Shown: one piece after another, positions 4,815 to 14,757 of the stretch
How positions within the stretch are numbered: the first letter of the stretch is position 1
How the letters are laid out: each line of letters begins with the position of its first letter
Virus record (IMG/VR): IMGVR_UViG_3300023180_000282
Coordinates: 1-29,642 of that record
DNA from: a virus
Taxonomy: Duplodnaviria; Caudoviricetes
Strand: one strand, 5' to 3'
Length of the DNA: 29,642 nt
The notes under the pieces: model-generated
Databases searched by the model: none
What the model was told of the DNA's origin: nothing
Seen by the model: the letters and a program-made list of their open reading frames with translations, nothing else
Made by a program: the position numbers and the translations under genes

Positions 4815-6728
4815 ATGCCTTTTACTAAATTTACAAATCTCGATTTTGACCAGATAAAGACCTCTATAAAGGACTATTTGCGTGCAAATTCCAATTTCAC
4901 GGACTTTGACTTTGAGGGGTCTAATTTTTCGGTCTTAATTGATACTTTAGCGTATAACACATATATTACTGCGTTTAATTCCAACATGATCGTCAACGAA
5001 TCCTTCTTGGATTCTGCGACTTTGAGAGAAAATGTGGTATCTTTGGCAAGAAACATTGGATACGTACCACGCTCTAGAAGCGCCGCACAGGCGACTGTAA
5101 ACTTTAACGTACCAACTACTAGCTCTTCCGCTACGATGACCTTACAGGCGGGTCTAGTATGCGTTGGTGCAACGAATGATAGCAATTATATCTTCTCAAT
5201 TCCAGAAGATGTCACAACGACAATCAGTTCTGGGGTTGGATCATTTACAGATCTAAAGATCTATCAAGGAACATTCCTTAGAAAGACATTTGTTGTTGAT
5301 GGATCCATTGATCAAAGATTTATTTTAGATAATTCTTTCATCGATAGTTCTACAATTGTAGTTAAGGTAAAGGGTTTATCAGATACTGGTGATGGTAGAG
5401 AATATAGTTTAGCAAATAATATTTTAAATTTAAACTCAACTTCTGAAATCTACTTGATTCAAGAAGTTCAGGATGAAAAATATGAGTTACTTTTTGGTGA
5501 TGGATACTTTGGAAAGAAACTTGAGACGGGAGCAATCATCACAGTTTCTTATATTATTACAGATGGTAAGACTGGAAACGGTGCATCAAACTTCTCTTTC
5601 TCTGGAAGAGTAACTGACTCTGATGATAACATCATTGTTCCAAGTGGATCTGTTACTGTTTCAACAGTAAGTTCTGCTGCAAATGGTGGAGACATTGAGT
5701 CTGTAGAATCAATTAAGTACTTTGCACCAAGAATATATGCATCTCAGTATAGAGCGGTAACTAACCGTGACTATGAGGCAATTATTCAATCAATTTATCC
5801 AAACACAGAATCTGTTTCTGTCGTTGGTGGTGAAGAATTGGACCCACCACAGTATGGAAACGTCTTTATTAGCATCAAACCTAAGAATGGAAGCTTTGTA
5901 TCAGACTTTGATAAGAACAATATTCTCACAAAACTGAAAGAATATAGCATTTCTGGTATAAATCAACAGATTGTTGATCTCAAAATTCTTTACGTTGAAA
6001 TCGACACGGCAGTTTACTACAATAGTTCTCGTGTTTCAAGCGTAAATGATCTGAAGACAAACGTTATATCAGTTTTAAATACATTCTCATCATCAAACAT
6101 CAATCAGTTTGGTGGAAGATTTAAGTACAGTAAACTTTGTCAGACAATTGATAACGTCGATGATGCTATTTCTTCAAACATCACCCGCGTTAGAATTAGA
6201 AGAAATCTGAATGCTTTGATAGAAGCACCAGGACAATATGAGTTGTGCTATGGAAATAGATTCCATATTAATGTTGAAGGTTTTAACATTAAGAGCACTG
6301 GGTTTACAATTGCTGGTAGTTCTGAATTATATTACTTTACAGACGTTCCAAACAAAAAATCTGACGGAACACTTGATGGAAGTGGAAAAGGAATCCTGGT
6401 AGTCACAAAAGATCTTAAGGATTCCACTGGAAATTATATGATTGATAGAACTTTAAATCCAATTGGAACCGTTGATTACGTCAAGGGTGAGATAATTATT
6501 AATACGATTACATTTACATCTACCGTAGAAAATAATAATGTTGTTGAAATTCAAGCAATACCAGAATCAAATGATGTAATAGGATTGAAGGACTTGTATT
6601 TGTCCTTTGATGTTTCAAATAGCGCCATAAATATGGTGAGAGATACAATTACATCTGGAGAGCAAACATCCGGTGTAGGTTATAAATCGACTTCTAGTTA
6701 CTTAAACGGAGAGCTAAAGAGGGTATAA
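4815..6728 (+). CDS. gp6: Baseplate wedge subunit gp6
   Basis: LDFDQIK, DFDFEGS, ESFLDSATLRENVVSLARNIGY and QYRAVTNRDY motifs; length (637 aa) fits T4-like gp6. Confidence 0.95.
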   Translation: MPFTKFTNLDFDQIKTSIKDYLRANSNFTDFDFEGSNFSVLIDTLAYNTYITAFNSNMIVNESFLDSATLRENVVSLARNIGYVPRSRSAAQATVNFNVPTTSSSATMTLQAGLVCVGATNDSNYIFSIPEDVTTTISSGVGSFTDLKIYQGTFLRKTFVVDGSIDQRFILDNSFIDSSTIVVKVKGLSDTGDGREYSLANNILNLNSTSEIYLIQEVQDEKYELLFGDGYFGKKLETGAIITVSYIITDGKTGNGASNFSFSGRVTDSDDNIIVPSGSVTVSTVSSAANGGDIESVESIKYFAPRIYASQYRAVTNRDYEAIIQSIYPNTESVSVVGGEELDPPQYGNVFISIKPKNGSFVSDFDKNNILTKLKEYSISGINQQIVDLKILYVEIDTAVYYNSSRVSSVNDLKTNVISVLNTFSSSNINQFGGRFKYSKLCQTIDNVDDAISSNITRVRIRRNLNALIEAPGQYELCYGNRFHINVEGFNIKSTGFTIAGSSELYYFTDVPNKKSDGTLDGSGKGILVVTKDLKDSTGNYMIDRTLNPIGTVDYVKGEIIINTITFTSTVENNNVVEIQAIPESNDVIGLKDLYLSFDVSNSAINMVRDTITSGEQTSGVGYKSTSSYLNGELKRV

Positions 6729-6729
6729 G

Positions 6730-9700
6730 ATGATACAAACTGGGTTTGAGCAGAGGGTAAAGGTTCAGCAAATCATTGACAGCCAACTTCCCGAATTTTT
6801 ACGTTCTGAAAGTCCAAAGTCTGTTGATTTTTTAAAGCAATATTATATTTCTCAAGAGTACCAAGGCGGTCCATCGGACGTTGCTGAAAACTTAGATCAG
6901 TATTTACAGTTAGATAATCTGACACAGGAAGTAATTTCTGGTCAGACTACTTTATATTCTAGTATTTCTTCAACTACCGATACTGTACAGGTCTACTCAA
7001 CTAAGGGATTTCCTAAAGAGTATGGTTTGTTCAGGATTGGTGATGAAATCATTACCTACACTGGGATCACCACAAACACCTTTACTGGATGTATTAGAGG
7101 TTTTAGTGGAATTCAAACATATAGAACTGATTTAAATTCTGAAGAATTAGTATTTAATAAAACATCTCAAGAAGCACACACTGCAGGAGATACTGTACAG
7201 AATTTAAGTGCTTTATTTTTAAAAGAATTTTATAAGAAATTAAAGTATACTTTCACTCCAGGTTTAGAAGATACTGATTTTGTATCAAATCTTGATGTAA
7301 ATAATTTTATTAAAGAATCTGGATCTTTATATAAAGCAAAAGGAACAAAAGAATCTTTCAAAATTCTCTTTAATGTTCTTTATGGAGTTACTCCAACTGT
7401 AGTAGATCTTGAAAGATACCTAATTAAACCATCAAGTGCAGAGTTTTTAAAGAGGGAAGTTGTAGTTGCTGAAAGAATTTCTGGAGATCCAAACAAATTA
7501 GTTGGACAAACCATTATAAATTCTGCTGATGCAAATACTAGAGCGTCTGTTTCTGAAGTAGAAATCTTTACGAGATCTGGAATTAGTACATATTATAAGT
7601 TAAACTTATTTGTTGGATATACCGATAGAAGCACTGTTGAAGGTACTTTTGCAGTTCAACCAAAAGTAAAGTCGATCACTAAGGTATCTGTTGGTTCTTC
7701 AGTTATTACTGTAGATTCTACGGTTGGATTTGGAACAACTGGAACTTTAGTGTCTGGAAATAATATAATTTCCTATGGAGAAAAAACTGTAAATCAGTTT
7801 TTAAACTGTACTGGAATTGATGAAGAGATTGGTGTATCTTCAGAGATTAGAACTAGTGAAGTTTTCTTTGGATATGAAAATGGAGATACTACCAAGAAAG
7901 TAGAAATTAGAGTAGGTGGAGTACTCTCAGAATTTGAAAAAGTTGGTGATCCATCCTTAGTATCTGAGGGTCAGACGTTATATGTTAAGAACGTTGGAGA
8001 AATAATCAAAAATCCAGAGACTGATAAGAATTATAAGCAAATTTTTGCAAATTCTTGGATTTATAATACTACGGTAAGATTTGAAGTTGACTCTATATCT
8101 GGTTCGACTTTCACATTAAAATCATCTATTGATAAGTCCAGTCTTAGAGTTGGAGATACTGTAGATATTCTTCAAGGATCTACTCAGACAATTTCTAGAG
8201 AGAACGTTACTGTTTTATCTATTAACGTATCTAATAGCCAAATAACACTTGGCAATCTTGGAGGATTTTCCCCATCTGCTGATGTAGATTATACAATTAG
8301 AAGAAAATTAAAAACAGCATCAAGTTCTTCGATTCCAGTTGCTTATGATGGTTTGACTAGTGATGTTCAAAATCTGTATAATGAGGATGATGAGAATTTT
8401 TATGTAGCGTCAAACTCTTTACCATCATATCAAATCACAAAAGATGTAAAGAAAGCAACGATTAGTTCTGCTAGTGGAAGTGCCCTTGAAGGATATAACA
8501 CATCAACATTAAAATACTCAGTATTATCTTTTAGTTCAAGTGTACCATTTGTAACTGGTGATGAAGTACAGTACACTGCTGAAATTGATACCCTTGATGG
8601 ATTATCTGAAAGAACTTATTACGTTAAGGTTCTTTCTCAAAATAATAAAATTAAACTATATGAATCACCCTCATTTATAGAAAGTGATACTCCAATTGAG
8701 TTTTCATCAACAAATTCAAGTGGATCTCACACTTTTACATTAGCAAGACAAAAAACAGGTTTAATATATCCCCAAGCACTTTTAAGTAAATTCCCATCAG
8801 GACAAAATATTAAAAACGGAACAGGCGTAAAAACTCTGCCCGGAAGCGTTGGATTATTGATTAATGGTGTTGAAATTTCAAACTATAAATCATTTGATAA
8901 AATTTATTATGGTCCTGTAGGAAAGGTTGATCTGTTAAATGCTGGATCTGACTATGATGTCATAAATCCACCAACTGTAACTTTAGGAAATTCAGTAGTT
9001 AGTGGTGGAACTACCGCATTAATTAGACCAGTTGTGAGGGGTTCTGTAAAGTCTGTACATGTAGACCCACAAGATTTTGATATTAGACGTGTTCAGTCAA
9101 TTACTATTAGTGGTGGTAATGGTAACGGTGCTATTTTAGAACCTATTTTAGAAACAAGATACCGTGAGGTAGAATTTGATGCAAGAGAATCGACAGGTGG
9201 TGGAGGAATTGATATTAATGATGACACAATTACCTTCTTAAAAAATCACAATTTAAGAAATGGTGATAAAATTGTATACAATAAAAATGGAAATTCTGAA
9301 ATTGGCATAGGTACTTTTAATGGAAGTAATGTAGATCAAACTTCAACTCTACACAGTGGGTCGGCATATTTTGCAGAAATAGTTAATACATCCACAATCA
9401 AGTTGTATCAAACTTTTAATGATTATACTAGTGGTATTAACACGGTTGGATTTACAACATCTACAACACAAGGGATTCATAAATTTAGATTATTTGATGG
9501 AAAAAATACTTTAAAGGAAATCAAAGTTATTAGTCCTGGTAGTGGTTATGAAAACAGAAAACTGATTGTAAAACCTACAGGAATCTCTACGGTTTATAAT
9601 ACCGTTATCTTTGAAAACCATGGATTCAATGATGGTGATATTATCACTTATACTACGGATGGAACTGAAATTGGAGGATTGACTAGTGGAGATGAGCACT

Positions 9701-12700
9701 ATGTTTTAAAACTTGATGATAATACGTTTAGATTGAGTGATCCTGGTGTAGGAACCACCCAATTTAGTGAAAACTACAGTAGAAGAAAATTTGTTAAGTT
9801 AACTTCAACTGGATCTGGATATCAAAATTTTGCATACAAAGATATTACTATAACGATTAATGCAGAATTTGATGGTGTTACTGGAGTTATAACTGCAACT
9901 CCACAGATTAGAGGTGAAATTGTAGATCTCTACCTTTATGAAACTGGAACTGGATATGGATCAACCATTCTTAACTTCCATAAGAGACCTAATGTTTCCT
10001 TCAAAACTGGAAAAGATGTTGAATTAAAACCAAACGTCATTGATGGAAAAATAGCAAGTGTTCAAATTACAAACGGCGGTTCAGAATATACTAGTGCACC
10101 AGATCTTATTGTTTCTGGATCTGGAGTTGGTGCAAAACTAAGAGCAGTTATTTCAAACCAAAAAGTAAGCTCAGTAGTTGTCTTAAATGGTGGAGTTGGG
10201 TACGGAGCATCAAATACCACAGTCAGCGCAAAATCTGTCGGTTCAAATGCAAATGCTAGAGCATCTGTAAGAGACTTAACCGTAGACAATTATAGTAGAT
10301 TTGGACAAGAACTAGTATCTGAAAATTCCCAGGGATTAAAATATAGTTTTGTTGGATATAGTACAGAAATTGGAAATTCTGTTTTCTCGGATAATGGAGC
10401 ATCCCACTCACCAATTATTGGATGGGCACATGATGGAAATCCAATCTATGGTCCATATGGACATTTAGATCCACTTGATAGTAATTCAACTATTGTACAG
10501 TTACAATCTGGTTATATTAGATCTACATCTAGTGTAGTTGATAGACCATCTGGATTTTCTGATGGATTCTTTACTGATGATTATAAGTTTGATAATTCTG
10601 GAAGTTTAGATGAGCATAATGGAAGATTTGCAAAAACCCCAGAGTTTCCCAATGGAGTTTATGCATATTTTGCAGGAATAACTACTGATCCAGTATCAAG
10701 TTCACTAATTCCACAATTCCCATATTTTGTTGGAGATACGTACAGATCATTACCAGTATCCCAAAATGTCGATCAAACTTTCAACTTTAATGATTCAAAA
10801 TTAAGAAGAAATACCTTCCCATATAGAACTGATGATTCATATTCATCAAATGATTTTATTTCAGAACCAAATAAAATTCTCATTCAAAGAGCTACGGTAC
10901 AATCAATAACAAAAGGTTCTGTTGATGATTTTTATATTAGAGAACCTGGATCTGGTTATTCGGTGTATGATCTAGCATCGTTTGATAATACAGATACTAA
11001 TGGTGGTGGTCTTGGTGCTTATGTTCAATCCATTACTGGAAAAGATATTGTAAATGTATCTACAAGTGTTGAAACATTTTCTGATTCTGTAGTATTAAGA
11101 TCTAGTGATACTGAAGTACTAATTCAAACAACAGAACCACATACAATTCAGGATGGAAACAAAGTTTCTGTATCGGGAGTTTCAACTTATATTAAAGGTT
11201 TGACGAACAAACATACTGTTGGGGTTTCTTCTGAAATTTTATATCTATCTGGACCAGTTTCCAGCAATTCAGTCTCTGGATTTGTAACTGATATCTATGT
11301 TTCCAATACTCCTAAAATTATTTCGGTTGGATCTACAGTAGCAATAGGAACAGAAAGACTTTCTGTTTTAAATGTATTCCAAGATACCAAAGTATTAAGA
11401 GTTGCTAGAGGACTATCTGGTGCTGGACACACGGTATCAACTAAAATTACAGAAGTTACTAACAATCTGATATTGAAGATTAATACTACTGATTTTGATT
11501 CGAATTTAAATCAAAAAGTATACTTTAATCCTCAACAACAAGTCGGTATAGGATCTACCACTGGAATTGGAATATCTAATGTATATACTGTTGGATTGAA
11601 TGCAAAAATTATATCAGTCCCAACTCAAAGCATATATCTTCCAGATCATCCATTTAAGACAAATCAACAAGTTATACTGAGAACAGTAAGTGGAGCTTCG
11701 AAAATTTCAGTTTCAAACACTGAAACTAGCACTACATTCAATATTCCATCTACAACTTCTGAGACTTTATACGTAGTTAATAAGGGTAGAGATTACATTG
11801 GTCTTTCAACACAAGTTGGAGTAACGACAAACGGATTATACTTTAGATCATTTACTGCAAATGGTGATAGTGACGACTTCAAATATTCATTAGAATCTAC
11901 CTTCAATCAGGTTACTGCAAAAGTACAAAAAATTGCATCTACAGTTTCTGTTTCAACAGATCATGGATTGAGTGATGGTGATTTAATCTCACTGACACTT
12001 AAACCAAATCTTTCCGTTGGGATTGGAACATCTACTGGTATTTTTGTAAAATATAATGCAGATGAGGGTAAACTGTTAGTCAACCCCGTGGGATTCACTT
12101 CAACTTCTGTTGGAACAGCAACAAGTGAATTAACAATTACATCACACGGATTTGAAACTGGAGAAAAAGTTTTCTATAATTCTTCGGATTTGATTATTTC
12201 TGGTCTTGAAACAGGATCATATTATGTCTATAGAGTAGACGATGATAAGATTCAGTTATCTGAAACATATAATGATTCTATTTCAATCCCACCAACTATC
12301 GTAAGTTTCGCTTCTACTGGTGGTGCTGGGCATGAATTATCAAAAGTTAATCCACAAATACCAGTTATTAGAAATAATAATTTAGTATTCAATGTAACAG
12401 ATACTTCATTGAGTGGATATAATTTTAAAATCTTCTATGATAGAGAATTTAGAAATGAATTAGTTTCTGTTGGCGGAACAATTACAACAGCAAGTGTAAT
12501 TGGCGTTGGAACAATTGGTATAGGAACCACTGGTGTTGGAACTGTCACCTTAAACTACAGCGACAAATTGCCAGCAAAACTATATTACACTTTAGAAAAA
12601 TCTGGATATATTAGTAGTTCTGATACAACTGTAAAAAATTATTCAGAGATATTATTTGATGATAGTTCTTATACTGGAACTTACTCAATTTCTGGTATTG

Positions 12701-14757
12701 GATCAACCACTTTCCAAATAGCACTGAATGAAGTTCCAGAAAAACTTTCTTATGCTTCTACTGAATTTGCCCAGGCAAAATATTCAACTACATCAGTAAC
12801 AGCAAAAGGCGGTGTAAATTCACTAAGGATTACTTCTGGTGGATCTAACTATAAAAAATTACCAGAATTTGTTAGTATTGCATCTACAGATGGTGTAAAT
12901 GCTGATATTGTTCCAAAATCACAGACGATTGGTAAAATTAAAGAAGTTATTATTGATGATCAAGGATTTGATTTTTCTGCTGATAAGACATTAAGTCCTG
13001 AGGCATACATATCACCAAATGTTCGTTTAAGTAATAGAAATACAATATCGTCAATCAATGTAACTTCTGGTGGACAAAATTATATTTCTGCACCAGATCT
13101 GATAATCGTAGATCCAACTACTGGACTTTCTGTTGAGTCTGGCACACTTGAGGCAGTTCTTCAGGGAACTTCTATTGTTGCCGTAAATATTTTAGAATCA
13201 CCAAAAGGACTGAATGAAATAGAAAACGTTGTATATGCGATAAACAACACTAATGGTGTTGGAATTCAAAGTTGCGTATCTTCTCCAGCTGGAATAGTTA
13301 CATGTACACTACAAACTCCTATTTTAGGGTTCAGTACTGCTCCATTTGCTGTTGGAGATAGTGTATTTGTTGAGGGAATACAGAAAATTGGAACGGATGG
13401 TGATGGTTTCAATTCTGCAAATTATCAATATAAATTCTTCCCAATAACAAAATATACAAATACAAATCCCGCAACAGTTGAATTTGACATGTCCGGCATT
13501 GCAACTAATGCTGGAGTTGCAGCCACCAATCAAAATGCTTATGCCAATTTGATTAAGCAGTCAAATTATCCCACATTTGATGTTATCCAGTCTTCTTTAG
13601 AGTTCCATGATTCTGAAAAGATTTTAACATTGGAAAATTCAAATTATGTAGAAAGAGACCTCATAGTCACTGACAATAGAAATGATCTTCTTAAAGTATA
13701 TGGATCTTATGAACTCTCTGTTGGTGAAAAGTTAATTGGTAAGAAATCAGGAACAGAGGCAACTGTAGAATCTATTGAAAACAATAAAGGATTCTTCAAC
13801 ATCAATTATTCTCTTGATACAAATAGGGGTTGGGTAAATGATATTGGAACCTTAAACTCTGATTTGCAAGTAACCCCAGATAATGATTATTATCAAAATC
13901 TTTCCTACACTATCAAGAGTCCAATAACATATGATGAGATGATTGATCCTGTAAATAGACTTTTACATACTTCAGGACTCAAAAATTTCTCAGATACTGG
14001 AATTACAAGTACAACTAGAGTAGGAGTCGGTACTACTGCTGCCGCTACAAGTATTGCACTTATCGATATTATTAGCGATAACAGAGTTGATGTTGTAAAA
14101 TATTTTGACTTTGGACTTGATGTAGATACTCAAAATGGATCATCAAAATTTGTTAAACTTGAAAATAAAAAATTAGCAGATTATATCAAATGCTCCACAA
14201 ATAGAGTTTTAATTTTAGATGACATCAAAGATTTATTCTCAAACAATGATGGTGAAACCGATTTATATGTAGATCTCGATTCCATTTCTATCACTGATGG
14301 ATATGGTAGATATCTTATCCAAATTAAGAGCACTGATGGACTAGAAACTCAAGTGTTGGAAGTTATTACTGTTCCATCACAGAATAATAATTTACTAACT
14401 GTAGAAAAAGCATCTATTACTAGTGGAAGAACAAGTAATAATAATGTTGATACTACTTTAAAGTTGGGGGATGTTGATGCAAATACAAACGACCTTGCAT
14501 TGAGATTTGTGCCACTAGAGTCTTTTAATACTGATTATGATATCAAAATATTGAAAAATCAATTCAACACCACCCTAACTGGAATTAATACTAGAACAAT
14601 TGGATTTGTTGATCTTGTTGGAGTAACAACTACTGTTGGAGTTGGCACAACTGTTTCTCTGGTTTCTAGAGAAGTTGATAAAACTGAAGGTATTTTTGCC
14701 AATGTTGAAATTTCAATACCACTTCAAAAGATAGAACTATCGTCGAACTTTACTTAG
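6730..14757 (+). CDS. gp7: Giant baseplate wedge initiator gp7-like protein, N-terminal part (frame broken near 14712)
   Basis: Lies between gp6 and gp8. QLPEF...FLKQYY and LYKAKGTKESFKILF at the N-terminus; DNDYYQNLSY...LLHTSGLKNF; GSGY repeats; YHYH-like segment. Confidence 0.8.
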   Translation: MIQTGFEQRVKVQQIIDSQLPEFLRSESPKSVDFLKQYYISQEYQGGPSDVAENLDQYLQLDNLTQEVISGQTTLYSSISSTTDTVQVYSTKGFPKEYGLFRIGDEIITYTGITTNTFTGCIRGFSGIQTYRTDLNSEELVFNKTSQEAHTAGDTVQNLSALFLKEFYKKLKYTFTPGLEDTDFVSNLDVNNFIKESGSLYKAKGTKESFKILFNVLYGVTPTVVDLERYLIKPSSAEFLKREVVVAERISGDPNKLVGQTIINSADANTRASVSEVEIFTRSGISTYYKLNLFVGYTDRSTVEGTFAVQPKVKSITKVSVGSSVITVDSTVGFGTTGTLVSGNNIISYGEKTVNQFLNCTGIDEEIGVSSEIRTSEVFFGYENGDTTKKVEIRVGGVLSEFEKVGDPSLVSEGQTLYVKNVGEIIKNPETDKNYKQIFANSWIYNTTVRFEVDSISGSTFTLKSSIDKSSLRVGDTVDILQGSTQTISRENVTVLSINVSNSQITLGNLGGFSPSADVDYTIRRKLKTASSSSIPVAYDGLTSDVQNLYNEDDENFYVASNSLPSYQITKDVKKATISSASGSALEGYNTSTLKYSVLSFSSSVPFVTGDEVQYTAEIDTLDGLSERTYYVKVLSQNNKIKLYESPSFIESDTPIEFSSTNSSGSHTFTLARQKTGLIYPQALLSKFPSGQNIKNGTGVKTLPGSVGLLINGVEISNYKSFDKIYYGPVGKVDLLNAGSDYDVINPPTVTLGNSVVSGGTTALIRPVVRGSVKSVHVDPQDFDIRRVQSITISGGNGNGAILEPILETRYREVEFDARESTGGGGIDINDDTITFLKNHNLRNGDKIVYNKNGNSEIGIGTFNGSNVDQTSTLHSGSAYFAEIVNTSTIKLYQTFNDYTSGINTVGFTTSTTQGIHKFRLFDGKNTLKEIKVISPGSGYENRKLIVKPTGISTVYNTVIFENHGFNDGDIITYTTDGTEIGGLTSGDEHYVLKLDDNTFRLSDPGVGTTQFSENYSRRKFVKLTSTGSGYQNFAYKDITITINAEFDGVTGVITATPQIRGEIVDLYLYETGTGYGSTILNFHKRPNVSFKTGKDVELKPNVIDGKIASVQITNGGSEYTSAPDLIVSGSGVGAKLRAVISNQKVSSVVVLNGGVGYGASNTTVSAKSVGSNANARASVRDLTVDNYSRFGQELVSENSQGLKYSFVGYSTEIGNSVFSDNGASHSPIIGWAHDGNPIYGPYGHLDPLDSNSTIVQLQSGYIRSTSSVVDRPSGFSDGFFTDDYKFDNSGSLDEHNGRFAKTPEFPNGVYAYFAGITTDPVSSSLIPQFPYFVGDTYRSLPVSQNVDQTFNFNDSKLRRNTFPYRTDDSYSSNDFISEPNKILIQRATVQSITKGSVDDFYIREPGSGYSVYDLASFDNTDTNGGGLGAYVQSITGKDIVNVSTSVETFSDSVVLRSSDTEVLIQTTEPHTIQDGNKVSVSGVSTYIKGLTNKHTVGVSSEILYLSGPVSSNSVSGFVTDIYVSNTPKIISVGSTVAIGTERLSVLNVFQDTKVLRVARGLSGAGHTVSTKITEVTNNLILKINTTDFDSNLNQKVYFNPQQQVGIGSTTGIGISNVYTVGLNAKIISVPTQSIYLPDHPFKTNQQVILRTVSGASKISVSNTETSTTFNIPSTTSETLYVVNKGRDYIGLSTQVGVTTNGLYFRSFTANGDSDDFKYSLESTFNQVTAKVQKIASTVSVSTDHGLSDGDLISLTLKPNLSVGIGTSTGIFVKYNADEGKLLVNPVGFTSTSVGTATSELTITSHGFETGEKVFYNSSDLIISGLETGSYYVYRVDDDKIQLSETYNDSISIPPTIVSFASTGGAGHELSKVNPQIPVIRNNNLVFNVTDTSLSGYNFKIFYDREFRNELVSVGGTITTASVIGVGTIGIGTTGVGTVTLNYSDKLPAKLYYTLEKSGYISSSDTTVKNYSEILFDDSSYTGTYSISGIGSTTFQIALNEVPEKLSYASTEFAQAKYSTTSVTAKGGVNSLRITSGGSNYKKLPEFVSIASTDGVNADIVPKSQTIGKIKEVIIDDQGFDFSADKTLSPEAYISPNVRLSNRNTISSINVTSGGQNYISAPDLIIVDPTTGLSVESGTLEAVLQGTSIVAVNILESPKGLNEIENVVYAINNTNGVGIQSCVSSPAGIVTCTLQTPILGFSTAPFAVGDSVFVEGIQKIGTDGDGFNSANYQYKFFPITKYTNTNPATVEFDMSGIATNAGVAATNQNAYANLIKQSNYPTFDVIQSSLEFHDSEKILTLENSNYVERDLIVTDNRNDLLKVYGSYELSVGEKLIGKKSGTEATVESIENNKGFFNINYSLDTNRGWVNDIGTLNSDLQVTPDNDYYQNLSYTIKSPITYDEMIDPVNRLLHTSGLKNFSDTGITSTTRVGVGTTAAATSIALIDIISDNRVDVVKYFDFGLDVDTQNGSSKFVKLENKKLADYIKCSTNRVLILDDIKDLFSNNDGETDLYVDLDSISITDGYGRYLIQIKSTDGLETQVLEVITVPSQNNNLLTVEKASITSGRTSNNNVDTTLKLGDVDANTNDLALRFVPLESFNTDYDIKILKNQFNTTLTGINTRTIGFVDLVGVTTTVGVGTTVSLVSREVDKTEGIFANVEISIPLQKIELSSNFT

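Noticed and set aside
14708-14714. Canonical programmed -1 frameshift at AAATTTC
   Set aside because: The upstream frame reads GAA ATT TCA, so the heptamer is not in X XXY YYZ phase, and no clear downstream stimulator was seen.
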